Source: an uncultured Polyangiaceae bacterium
GTDB lineage: Bacteria > Myxococcota_A > Polyangia > Polyangiales > Polyangiaceae
Assembly: GCA_964641275.1 (NCBI GenBank)
Contig: CAZXMG010000029.1
Coordinates: forward strand, 13,289 to 45,288
DNA: 32,000 nt
Reading direction: 5' to 3'
Both the position numbers and the translations under genes were made by a program. Shown piece by piece: positions 16,544 to 25,031 of this stretch. Below the pieces are notes generated by a model. The model ran no database searches, was not told the DNA's origin, and worked only from the letters and a program-made list of their open reading frames with translations. How positions within the stretch are numbered: position 1 is the stretch's first letter; the number at the start of each line of letters is the position of its first letter.

Positions 16544-17612
16544 GCATGAAGAAGTCGCGGGGGCTCTTCTGCTTCCAGTACTCCTTCTTCGGAGCCTTCA
16601 GCTCTTTGAGCAACGGGGACGAGGGAGTCAGCTCGCCGGCCGCGTGGCTGTAGGTCAGGAAGCGGGTGTAGGAGTAGTTGATGTCGAGCTGGGCAGCGGA
16701 ACGGACCCCGGCAGCGAGCAGCCCGTCTGCGAGCCACTCTGCGGTGAGGTAGTCGCCGATGGCGAAGTAGAGCGTGCGACCGTCGGCGCCGAGGCCCACC
16801 GCGCTGCGTCGGATCTCCTTGTTGCCATCCTCCGCGCCTGCCCAGATTTTGGCCTTGTGCTCGATCGCGAGATCCGGGTGCTTCTTGCCGTCCTCGATCA
16901 GACAGGGTGGAGTCTGGCGGAAGAACGCGAAGCCTCCTTCGAGCGCGGGCTGCAGGGTCGGGTGCGTGGCCACGCGGTAGCTCTCGTCCTTGAGCTTGGC
17001 GAACGAGCACCCCTCGGGGCGGGGGTTCCAGGCGGTCACGCCGTCGAGCCCCACGCCCCAGTTGCCGTGGCGCTTCTTGAAGCCGCCGTTGGTCACCGCG
17101 ATCAAGTCGGGCAGGCGAGCCGCGGGGACGAGCCCGGTGCGCTTGTCCATCAATACGTCGGTGCCCTCCGGCTCCTCCGGTCCCATCACCAGGTCCATGC
17201 TGACGCGGGTGGTGTCGATCGCCACGAGGTCCACCACGACGAAGTCGCGAATCTTGTGAGGCCGCACCGTGGTTCGGTAGAGCGGCGAGCCGTCGCCGCT
17301 CGCGCGGTGGACCGCGAGCGGCGTCCACACACCATCTCCTGGCTTCTTGGTGCGCTCGACGGGAGGGGCGAAGCTCGCTGGGGGAAAGGCGCCGGCAGGT
17401 GGGCTGGCAGGTGTGGCGCTCGGCAGAGCGCTGGCGGTGGGGCAGGGCGGGCACTCCGGCGCGGAGCCACACACACACGCCGGATCGAGCAGAGGTGCGA
17501 GGGGCTCGGCGCTCGCAACCGGTGGCGGAGCCGGAGGTGCATCGCCCGAGCGAGCCCCGGCGCACGCGAGCAGAAGCGCCGAGGCAGTGGCGATCGAGCC
17601 CAGCTGGTTCAT
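16512..17612 (-). CDS. Phosphodiester glycosidase family protein (NAGPA/DUF2233-like), lipoprotein
   Basis: From ATG 17612: MNQLGSIATASALLLAC lipobox, then a Pro/Cys-rich linker. The C-terminal domain has VTNGGFKKRHGNWG..., IRRSAVGLGADGRTLYFAIGD and AAQLDINYS, typical of the family. An alternative TTG start at 17666 would overlap the upstream stop as TTGA. Confidence 0.75.
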   Translation of the reverse strand: MNQLGSIATASALLLACAGARSGDAPPAPPPVASAEPLAPLLDPACVCGSAPECPPCPTASALPSATPASPPAGAFPPASFAPPVERTKKPGDGVWTPLAVHRASGDGSPLYRTTVRPHKIRDFVVVDLVAIDTTRVSMDLVMGPEEPEGTDVLMDKRTGLVPAARLPDLIAVTNGGFKKRHGNWGVGLDGVTAWNPRPEGCSFAKLKDESYRVATHPTLQPALEGGFAFFRQTPPCLIEDGKKHPDLAIEHKAKIWAGAEDGNKEIRRSAVGLGADGRTLYFAIGDYLTAEWLADGLLAAGVRSAAQLDINYSYTRFLTYSHAAGELTPSSPLLKELKAPKKEYWKQKSPRDFFMLTWKAAAPSP

Positions 17613-17662
17613 GGCCCACTGGGTGTACGTCGAGGTCGCGTGGGGCGCAAACTTCCACCGGC

Positions 17663-18436
17663 TCAACGCGCGGGCGCGCAGGTCTCGAACCCCGCGAGCG
17701 TGAGCCGGAACGTCGAGCCGTCCGTGTGGCGCTCGGCGAAAAATAGGTCCAAGGCGTAGTCCTGGCCCCGCTCCAGGTCGGCCAGATCCGCCACGTCGTC
17801 GAGCGCCACGTCTGCGCTCTGGGCGGAGTGGACGCCACCCAAGTCGATCACCAGTTGGCCGTTCAGGAACACGAACAGGTCGTCGTCTCCGGTGAACGAG
17901 AGCGTCTCGCCCCCGACGTAGCGGAAGGCCTCGCTCAAGGCGACCGTGAAGTGGAAATTGTGGGCGCGGCCCTAGTTTCCGAGCAGGGCGTCGTCGATGG
18001 GAAAGAAGCTGTCGCTCGCGAACGTGCCCATGCCAGGGCCGAGAGGCACCAGCGGGATCACGATGGGCTGTGCGAGGTTCTCGCCCTCGACGTCGTGAAA
18101 CCAGCTGAAGAACGCCTGCTCGCCGTGCGTGGAGGGGTTGTCGCGCTCGCCGGCATACTGCGGCGTCCCGTCATCTCCCAGCGCGCCCAGCACGATGCCC
18201 CGGTCATCCCCGATGAACGGCTCCTCGAAGTCGGGGTGCTGATCGCTCAGGTCCCGCACGGTGCCCTTCAGCTGCAGGAGCGGCAGCGGCTCGCACGGCG
18301 AGGGCTCTGCCGGGCTCCCGCCTCCGCCCTGCGAGCTCTGATCTTCCGGCTCCGGCGTCGGCAAGCCGCTGCGAGCCCCGCACCCGAAGACCAGCAGGCA
18401 GCCCAGCCACAGCAGCCAGCGGTCCACCATCGCCAT
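17663..18436 (-). pseudogene. Fibro-slime (PA14-like) domain lipoprotein gene interrupted by a single in-frame TAG
   Basis: ATG 18436 gives MAMVDRWLLWLGCLLVFGC (lipobox), then LKGTVRDLSDQHPDFEEPF...FFPIDDALLGN. TAG at 17974..17972 follows. The same frame continues [48 protein letters not shown]...[13 protein letters not shown]. Together the two halves make one complete fibro-slime domain. Confidence 0.7.
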
Positions 18437-18496
18437 GGCCCCAAGCCTACCAAGAGTGAGACGCACGGCGAGGCTCTGTGGTAAGCGCCTGGCACC

Positions 18497-19828
18497 ATGA
18501 TCGTGATGAAGTTCGGCGGCAGCTCGGTGGCCGACAGAAAGCAGATCGACAAGGTCTTGGCCATCGTGAGGGCGCGCCTCTCCGAGCGGCCACTGGTGGT
18601 CTGCTCCGCGCACAAGGGCATCACCGACGCGCTGGTGCGTGCCGCGAAAGAGGCCGTGGCGGGACGTTACGATCCAGACGGCGTGATCGCGCGCCAACGC
18701 GCCGTCTTGCGCGAGCTCGGCGGTTCCGACGCTCTGCTCGACCCGATGTTCGAGGAGCTCGCTGGGTTGCTCCGAGGCATCCACCTGGTGCGTGAGCTGT
18801 CTCCGCGCAGCCTCGACTACGTGTCGAGCTTCGGTGAGCGCTGGAGCGTGCGCACGATCGCCGACTACTTCACCCGGAGCGGCCTCTCCGCGGCGGCGCA
18901 CGACGCGTGGGACCTGGGTTTCGTGACCAACCACGAGTTCGGCAGCGCGCGCCCCACGAGCGCGTTCCCCGCGGAGGCCAAGCGGCGCTATGCGGAGCTC
19001 GACGCAGATGTGGTGCCTCTGGTGACGGGCTTCGTCGGGCGCAGCGAGCAGGGCGAGATCACCACCGTCGGCCGCAACGGCAGCGATCTGACGGCCACGC
19101 TGTTCGGCGCGGCGCTGGGCGCAGCCGAGGTGCAGATCTGGAGCGACACCGATGGCGTGATGAGCGCCGATCCGAGCGTGGTGAAGGCGGCGCGCAACAT
19201 CCCAGTGATGTACTTCGAGGAGGCGGCGGAGCTGGCGTACTTCGGCAGTCGGGTGTTGCACCCCGCCACGCTTCTGCCGGCGATGGAGGCCAAGATCCCG
19301 GTGCGCGTGCTCAACACCAACCGGCCCGAGCACCCAGGCACGGTGATCCACGACACGGGCCGGCCCGCGGGCGAGCACGACGTGACGAGCATCGCGTACA
19401 AGGAGGGGCAGCTGGTCTTGACCATCACCTCCACCCGCATGTTCGGCGAGCTCGGCTTCCTCGGTCGCGTGTTCGAGGCCGCGGCCCGGCACGGCGTGGT
19501 GGTGGATGTCGTCACGACCAGCGAGGTTTCGGTCAGTCTCACGGGCAACGCCAAGGCCCCCATGCTGGCGCTCGCAGAAGAGCTGGCGCCGCTCGGCTCG
19601 GTGTCGCTGGCAGAGGGCAGGGCGATCCTCGTGGTCGTGGGCAAACACCTGGCTCGCAGGCCCGGGCTCGGCGCAGAGATCCTGGGCGCGGTCGCCAAGG
19701 AGGGCGTGAACATCGAAATGATCAGCCACGCCTTCGGCGCCATCAACTTGTCCCTGGTGGTGGGGGACGCCGACGTGGCCAAAACCGTCTCGGTGCTGCA
19801 CCGGGTGCTGTTCGAAGGTGCTGCTTGA
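18497..19828 (+). CDS. lysC: Aspartate kinase
   Basis: [13 protein letters not shown] kinase N-terminal motif, [39 protein letters not shown], and two C-terminal ACT-like regions (443 aa). Confidence 0.92.
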   Translation: MIVMKFGGSSVADRKQIDKVLAIVRARLSERPLVVCSAHKGITDALVRAAKEAVAGRYDPDGVIARQRAVLRELGGSDALLDPMFEELAGLLRGIHLVRELSPRSLDYVSSFGERWSVRTIADYFTRSGLSAAAHDAWDLGFVTNHEFGSARPTSAFPAEAKRRYAELDADVVPLVTGFVGRSEQGEITTVGRNGSDLTATLFGAALGAAEVQIWSDTDGVMSADPSVVKAARNIPVMYFEEAAELAYFGSRVLHPATLLPAMEAKIPVRVLNTNRPEHPGTVIHDTGRPAGEHDVTSIAYKEGQLVLTITSTRMFGELGFLGRVFEAAARHGVVVDVVTTSEVSVSLTGNAKAPMLALAEELAPLGSVSLAEGRAILVVVGKHLARRPGLGAEILGAVAKEGVNIEMISHAFGAINLSLVVGDADVAKTVSVLHRVLFEGAA

Positions 19829-21909
19829 AGAACCGCTACGACGAGCAGGCGCGGGAGCAGGCCATCTCGGCGCTCGGCGAGGTCCCGCGGGATCTGGCGC
19901 TGCGCGTGTACACCTCTCGGCTGATCGGTCAGGACCACGATCTGGTGCTCCATGGTGGCGGGAACACCAGCGTGAAGGGGCGGTACCGCACCGTGCTCGG
20001 CGAGGAGCTCGAGTGCTTGTGGGTCAAGGGCTCTGGCTCGAGCCTGGATCGCGTCGGGCCGGGGGATTTCCCGGCCTTGGATTTGGCCTATCTGCGCAGG
20101 CTGCGCGGGCTCGAGCAGTTGACCGACGAGGAGATGGTCAACCAGCTGCGCACGCATCTGTTCGACGCGAGCGCGCCCAACCCGTCGGTCGAAGCGCTGC
20201 TGCACGCGTTCTTGCCGCACAAGTTCGTGGATCACTCCCATGCCGACGCGGTGTTGGTGCTCACCAACCAACCCGACGGCGAGGCGCTCATCCGCGAGGC
20301 GCTGGGCGCCGACGTCGCGATTTTGCCCTACATCATGCCGGGCTTCCCGCTGGCGCGGGCGGTCGCCGAGGTGGTCGAGCGGGCGCCACACGTGAAGGGC
20401 GTGGTGTTGATCAAACACGGGCTGTTCTCCTTCGGGGCGACCGACAAGGAGAGCTACGACCGCCACATCGAGCTGGTGGGCGCGTGCGAACAGCTGGCGC
20501 GCGCCAAGCGTCGGCCCGCGGTCTCGGCTGGCGCTGGGCCCGCGAGCGGACGTTTGGCGGAGATCGCCCCGATCTTGCGCGGCGCCTTGGCTGCGCCTCT
20601 GGCGACGCCGGCGCGGGGTTTTCAGCGCTGGGTGATGGAAGCGCGCACCAGCCCGGAGCTGTGCGCAGCGCTGGCCCGGCCCGACGCCGAGAGGCTGGCC
20701 AACACCGGTACGCTGACCCCGGACCACGCCATTCGCACCAAACCGTGGCCGTTGTTCCTCGGCGGCTGGGACCGGGCCCCGGACCTCGCGGCGTTCGTGC
20801 GCGATCGGGTGGCGCAGTATCGCGCGCGATACGACGCCTACTTCGAGTCCTGCCGCCACGGACGCAGCCTGAAGAAGCTCGACAGCGCGGCGCGCGTGGT
20901 GCTGGTGCCGGGGCTCGGCGCGCTCAGCTTCGGCGCCAGCAAGGCCGATGCGAGGATCGCGGCGGACATCACCGAGCACACCCTCAGGGCCAAAGCGATC
21001 GCCGAGGACGTGGGCAGCTACGAGTCGCTGAGCGACAGCGATCTGTTCGAGATGGAGTACTGGAGCCTGGAGCAGGCCAAATTGGGCAAGGCTGCGGAGA
21101 AGCAGCTCGCACGCCAGGTTGCGCTCGTCACCGGCGCTGCCGGCGCGATCGGACGCGGCATCGCGGAAGCAGTGTTGTCCGCGGGCGCCGTCGTCGCGCT
21201 GCTCGATCGCGAGGCCGCCGCCGTCGAGCAGCTGGCGAAGGAGCTGTGTGCGCGCTTCGGAGCCGGCGCGGCGCTGCCTCTCGCCGCCGACGTCAGCGAC
21301 GACGTCGCCATGCGCCGAGCGTTCGATCGCTGCGCGAGCGAGCTCGGCGGAGTCGATCTGGTCGTGCCCAACGCGGGCGTTGCGCTGGTGCGTCCAGTCA
21401 GCGAGCTCGGCACGGACGAGGCGCGGCGCGTCATGGATGTGAACTACCTCGGGGTGCTCACCACCCTGCGCGAGGCGGCGCGCATCTTCCGCGCGCAGGG
21501 CACCGGCGGCAACGTCGTGGTCAGCTCGTCCAAGAACGTGTTCGCGCCCGGCAAAGACTTCGGCGCCTACAGCGCGAGCAAGGCCGCCGCACACCAGCTC
21601 TCCAAGGTGGCGGCGATCGAGCTCGCCGCGATCGGCGTGAAGGTGAACCTGATCAACGCGGACGCGGTGTTCTCCCACGGCGAGACGCCCTCCGGCCTGT
21701 GGTCGGAGGTGGGCCCCGACCGCGCCAAGAGCCGGGGCCTCTCGCTGCCCGAGCTGTTCGACTTCTACCGGGACCGCAACCTGCTGAAGGCCCGCGTAGA
21801 GGCCCAACACGTCGGGGCCGCCGTCGTGTTCTTTGCCAGTGACGCGACCCCCACCACCGGGGCCACGTTGCCCATCGATGGCGGGATCGCGGAGGCCTTC
21901 CCTCGCTGA
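19825..21909 (+). CDS. Bifunctional class II aldolase / short-chain dehydrogenase (rhamnulose-1-phosphate aldolase/alcohol dehydrogenase-like)
   Basis: C-terminal 694 codons of track ORF 18907..21909. TTG 19825 overlaps the lysC TGA (19826..19828) as TTGA. The N-terminal aldolase-like half has [12 protein letters not shown] and [11 protein letters not shown]. The C-terminal SDR half has [19 protein letters not shown] and YSASKAA. Confidence 0.88.
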   Translation: MKNRYDEQAREQAISALGEVPRDLALRVYTSRLIGQDHDLVLHGGGNTSVKGRYRTVLGEELECLWVKGSGSSLDRVGPGDFPALDLAYLRRLRGLEQLTDEEMVNQLRTHLFDASAPNPSVEALLHAFLPHKFVDHSHADAVLVLTNQPDGEALIREALGADVAILPYIMPGFPLARAVAEVVERAPHVKGVVLIKHGLFSFGATDKESYDRHIELVGACEQLARAKRRPAVSAGAGPASGRLAEIAPILRGALAAPLATPARGFQRWVMEARTSPELCAALARPDAERLANTGTLTPDHAIRTKPWPLFLGGWDRAPDLAAFVRDRVAQYRARYDAYFESCRHGRSLKKLDSAARVVLVPGLGALSFGASKADARIAADITEHTLRAKAIAEDVGSYESLSDSDLFEMEYWSLEQAKLGKAAEKQLARQVALVTGAAGAIGRGIAEAVLSAGAVVALLDREAAAVEQLAKELCARFGAGAALPLAADVSDDVAMRRAFDRCASELGGVDLVVPNAGVALVRPVSELGTDEARRVMDVNYLGVLTTLREAARIFRAQGTGGNVVVSSSKNVFAPGKDFGAYSASKAAAHQLSKVAAIELAAIGVKVNLINADAVFSHGETPSGLWSEVGPDRAKSRGLSLPELFDFYRDRNLLKARVEAQHVGAAVVFFASDATPTTGATLPIDGGIAEAFPR

Positions 21910-21946
21910 TCTTGCGGCGCGCGGCGGCCGCGCCTAGAGCCGTGGC

Positions 21947-22948
21947 ATGCAGGTCGAGAGCGAGCGCAAGGTCGGCTTGGGCCGAGACGAGGTCAAGGGC
22001 ACCATGGCGGCGTACGCCAAGACGTACGAGCGCGAGGAGCCGGACGATCGCTTCGCCAAGTACGCCACGACCACCAAGCAGTACTACGATCTCGTCACCG
22101 ACTTTTACGAGTACGGCTGGGGCCAGTCGTTCCACTTCGCCGTGCGTCGGCGAGGAGAGAGCCTGAAGCAGTCCATCGCCGAGCACCAGCGCTACCTCGC
22201 CGAGCGGCTCGGGCTCTCCGCCGGCAAGCGGGCGATCGACCTCGGCTGCGGCGTGGGCGGCCCCATGCGCGCCGTGGCACGCATCACCGGCGCGAACGTC
22301 ACCGGTGTCAACATCAACGCCTATCAGGTGGAGCGCGCGCGTCGCTACAACCAGCGGGAGGGTCTCGGCGCGCAATGCGACGTGATCGAGTCCGACTTCC
22401 TGAAGGTGCCGCTGCCCGATGCGTCGTTCGACGCGGCCTACGCGTTCGAGGCCACCTGCCACGCTCCCGACAAGCGGAGCGTGTTCGGCGAGGCCGCCCG
22501 CCTGCTCAAGCCCGGCGGACTGTTCGCGGTCTACGAGTGGTGCATCACGCCGGTGTTCGAGCCAGAGAACCGAGAGCATCGCCGCATTCGGCACGGCATC
22601 GAGAAGGGCAACGCGCTGCCCAGCCTGGCCACCTTCGACGAGGTGAAGCAGGGCCTCGTGGACAGCGGCTTCGAGCTCTGCGAGGCCAAAGATCGCGCGC
22701 CGGAATGCCACGCCGAGCTGCCTTGGTACTCCTCGCTCGACGAGGTCTCCGTGCGCAACTTGCCGCGCACCCCCGCCGGCCGCGTGGTCACCTCGGCCAT
22801 GAGCTCGGTGCTCGAGAAGCTGCGCATCGCCCCCAAGGGCACGCGCGAGGTCAGCGACTTCTTGAACGAGTGTGCGGACGCGCTCGTGGGGGGCGGCAAG
22901 CTCGGCATCTTCACGCCGATGTACTTCGCCCTCGCGCGGAAGAAGTAG
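21947..22948 (+). CDS. Sterol 24-C-methyltransferase-like SAM-dependent methyltransferase (ERG6/SMT1 family)
   Basis: Collinear with yeast Erg6 as I recall it: YYDLVTDFYEYGWGQSFHF (SMT region I; YEYGWGQSFHF = nt 22106..22138), SAM motif AIDLGCGVGGP, AYAFEATCHAP, LKPGGLFAVYEW, LPWY, and the C-terminal GIFTPMYFALARKK. Confidence 0.85.
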   Translation: MQVESERKVGLGRDEVKGTMAAYAKTYEREEPDDRFAKYATTTKQYYDLVTDFYEYGWGQSFHFAVRRRGESLKQSIAEHQRYLAERLGLSAGKRAIDLGCGVGGPMRAVARITGANVTGVNINAYQVERARRYNQREGLGAQCDVIESDFLKVPLPDASFDAAYAFEATCHAPDKRSVFGEAARLLKPGGLFAVYEWCITPVFEPENREHRRIRHGIEKGNALPSLATFDEVKQGLVDSGFELCEAKDRAPECHAELPWYSSLDEVSVRNLPRTPAGRVVTSAMSSVLEKLRIAPKGTREVSDFLNECADALVGGGKLGIFTPMYFALARKK

Positions 22949-22952
22949 TCGC

Positions 22953-23831
22953 TCAGTTCGCGATCAGCAGCAGCACCTTCACGGCCGGGTTGCCCTTCTC
23001 GTCCTTGGCCTCGGCCACGGCGAGGCCGATGCGCAGCGTGCTCAGCGCGTTCACCCCGCCTGGCGGCGTGTACTCGCTCGCCGCCACCACCCGCTGACCG
23101 GTGCAGATCAAGCCGTTGGTCTGCACCCCGGCTTGCTTGGCACGGCTCAGCGAGCGCTTGCCGATCTCGGCGAGCTGATCGGGCGGGACGTCGTCGTCCA
23201 GGGCGCCCACCTCGCGCTCGGCGATGCCGTTCAACGTGTCGTCCTCGATGACCTTTCGGCCCCGGCTCAAGATGCCGAGCACCGTGGCGCGCGCTTCTGC
23301 CGGCGTCTGCTTCTCGACCGGACGCGCGAACACCTGCACGAACAGCAGGTTGGTCGGCGTCAAAAGGCCCCCGCGCACGATGCCGACCCCGACGTGGGTG
23401 ATGTCTTTGGCCATCAGGTTTTCGTAGTGGCCGGGGCTTTTGAGCAGGCCGTCTTGTGCCGTACTCACGTCTGCGGCCTCGGCCAGGTTCTCACGGCCGA
23501 TCGCCACGGGCACCTCTGCGCGCGCGAGCCGGTCCTCGACCGACCCGCTGCTGGGAGAGTCATGCGCGAAGAAGCGGTTCTTCGACATGTCGTCCGCGTG
23601 AAAGCGCGCGACGTCGGCCAGCCGCACGTCGTAAGCCAGCGCCGGGAGGCCACGCGCGGCGCGGTCGCGGTTGATCCGCTCGAACATGGCACGCTCGAGC
23701 GGCGCGAGGTTGGGGTCCTGGGGCACCGTGGCGAGACCGCTCGAGCTGCCGCACGCCAGCAGCGCGGACGCCGTCAGGCCAAGCAGCAGGTCGCGACGTG
23801 GGATGAAGGAGGGATCGAGCGCGTTCGGCAC
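22953..23831 (-). CDS. CAP (SCP/PR-1, YkwD-like) domain lipoprotein with an extra C-terminal domain
   Basis: N-terminal IPRRDLLLGLTASALLAC (twin-Arg-like signal plus lipobox). CAP motifs: RINRDRAARGLPAL, DMSKNRFFAHDSP, SPGHYENLM, THVGVG. About 130 aa of unassigned C-terminal sequence. Confidence 0.8.
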   Translation of the reverse strand: MPNALDPSFIPRRDLLLGLTASALLACGSSSGLATVPQDPNLAPLERAMFERINRDRAARGLPALAYDVRLADVARFHADDMSKNRFFAHDSPSSGSVEDRLARAEVPVAIGRENLAEAADVSTAQDGLLKSPGHYENLMAKDITHVGVGIVRGGLLTPTNLLFVQVFARPVEKQTPAEARATVLGILSRGRKVIEDDTLNGIAEREVGALDDDVPPDQLAEIGKRSLSRAKQAGVQTNGLICTGQRVVAASEYTPPGGVNALSTLRIGLAVAEAKDEKGNPAVKVLLLIAN

Positions 23832-23871
23832 GGCGTAAGGATGGGCGGCCGGACCCCGTTTGGCAACGAGC

Positions 23872-24864
23872 TCAGCCCGGCTTCATCAGCTTCTTGGCCA
23901 GCTCCTCCCCTCGCAGAGTGGCGACCTCGACCTCGATGTCGACGTCGATCTCCACCTCCCAGGGCTCATCGCTGGGCCTGAGCGTGGGCTCCTTCTGCAC
24001 GGGCATCTCGGCCACGGCGCGCAGAACAGACCACATCTTGCCCACGGTCGCGAAGCGGTCCTGAGGGTCAGCCGCCAGCGCCTTCTCCACCCAGTCGTCG
24101 ATCGTTTGCGGCAGCTCACTGCGCAGCTTCTTCAGGCTGGGGCGTGCGCCACGGGTGACCTCGATCAAGAAGCGGTCGAGCGGCTGCTTGGGGTCGAACG
24201 GCGGTGCCCCCGCCAGCGCGCGGAAGATCACCGCCCCGAACGAGTACACGTCGATGCGGCGATCGGCATCTTTGGCGCGCCCGCGCCAAATCTCTGGCGC
24301 AATGTAGCCAGGAGACCCTGCGATCATGCCCTCTTGGGTCAGCGCGGTGGCGTTGAGATCCTTGGCCAATCCGAAGTCCAGCAGGCGGACGCCGCCCCGG
24401 GTCATGCTGTCGAGCACGAAGATGTTCCCGGGCTTGATGTCGCGGTGAACGATGCCCTGGTCGTGTGCAATATCCAGTGTCTCGGCGATGGGACCCAGCA
24501 GGTTGACGATGCGCTTCAGCTCGACGCGCGCGCCGTGCTTCTCCAGCTCGCGCAAGTAGGCCTCGAGATCTCGGCCCGCGAGCAGCTCCATCACGATGTA
24601 GAGCTCGCCCGCCTTGGCCTTGTTGAACGCGAAGATCTGCGCGGCGCTGGTGCCGCTGAGCGCGCCCATGGCGCGTGCCTCGCGGTGCATGCGGGTCTTG
24701 AAGCCGGCGTCGGCAGCGAGGTCGGCCCCCAGGCACTTGATCGCGACCCTGGAGCCGAGCATCGAGTCCTTGGCTGCGTACACCACGCCGTGGGCTCCTT
24801 GACCCACGACACCGGTGACCTCGTAACGATCGTCGATCAGGTCACCTACCGCGTAACTGCTCAT
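23872..24864 (-). CDS. Hanks-type Ser/Thr protein kinase, kinase domain only (330 aa)
   Basis: GQGAHGVVY glycine loop, VAIK, HRDIKPGN catalytic loop, DFG, GSPGYIAPE. Confidence 0.9.
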   Translation of the reverse strand: MSSYAVGDLIDDRYEVTGVVGQGAHGVVYAAKDSMLGSRVAIKCLGADLAADAGFKTRMHREARAMGALSGTSAAQIFAFNKAKAGELYIVMELLAGRDLEAYLRELEKHGARVELKRIVNLLGPIAETLDIAHDQGIVHRDIKPGNIFVLDSMTRGGVRLLDFGLAKDLNATALTQEGMIAGSPGYIAPEIWRGRAKDADRRIDVYSFGAVIFRALAGAPPFDPKQPLDRFLIEVTRGARPSLKKLRSELPQTIDDWVEKALAADPQDRFATVGKMWSVLRAVAEMPVQKEPTLRPSDEPWEVEIDVDIEVEVATLRGEELAKKLMKPG

Positions 24865-24904
24865 CTTGCGCGCTCCTCACGACGATCCCATCTTAGCAAC
24901 CGCT

Positions 24905-24941
24905 GGTCTCAGCTCGAACTTTGTCGTCTCGCGCTGAGACC
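24905..24941. other. 9-bp perfect inverted repeat in the 167-bp divergent intergenic region
   Basis: ggtctcagc (24905..24913) pairs with gctgagacc (24933..24941), with a 19-nt loop. It lies between the kinase start (24864) and the choice-of-anchor gene start (25032). Candidate operator or 5'-UTR structure. Confidence 0.3.
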
Positions 24942-25031
24942 GCCCGTGTCCAGGCCTGGGACGCGAGCACCGAGGAGGGGCCAGCGGCCGCAGACTTGGC
25001 GGCGCATCGCGCTCGGCACGGCGTTTGAAAG

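Noticed and set aside
18437-18496. Possible lysine riboswitch or leader upstream of lysC
   Set aside because: Only 60 bp separate lysC from the divergent gene, which is far too short for an L-box. No conserved elements were seen.
18437-19801. Upstream two thirds of the 609-aa minus-strand ORF 17972..19801
   Set aside because: It is antisense to aspartate kinase. Only the distal part from ATG 18436 (signal peptide plus fibro-slime N-half) looks real.
18907-19824. N-terminal 306 codons of the 1000-aa plus ORF 18907..21909
   Set aside because: It lies out of frame within lysC and is Arg/Gly-rich. The aldolase homology begins at the TTG at 19825, which overlaps the lysC stop.
18988-21810. 940-aa minus ORF and 674-aa plus ORF (19818..21842) over the aldolase/SDR gene
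   Set aside because: These are the antisense frame and an alternative frame of a gene with clear aldolase and SDR motifs. Both products are low-complexity and Arg/Ala/Gly-rich.
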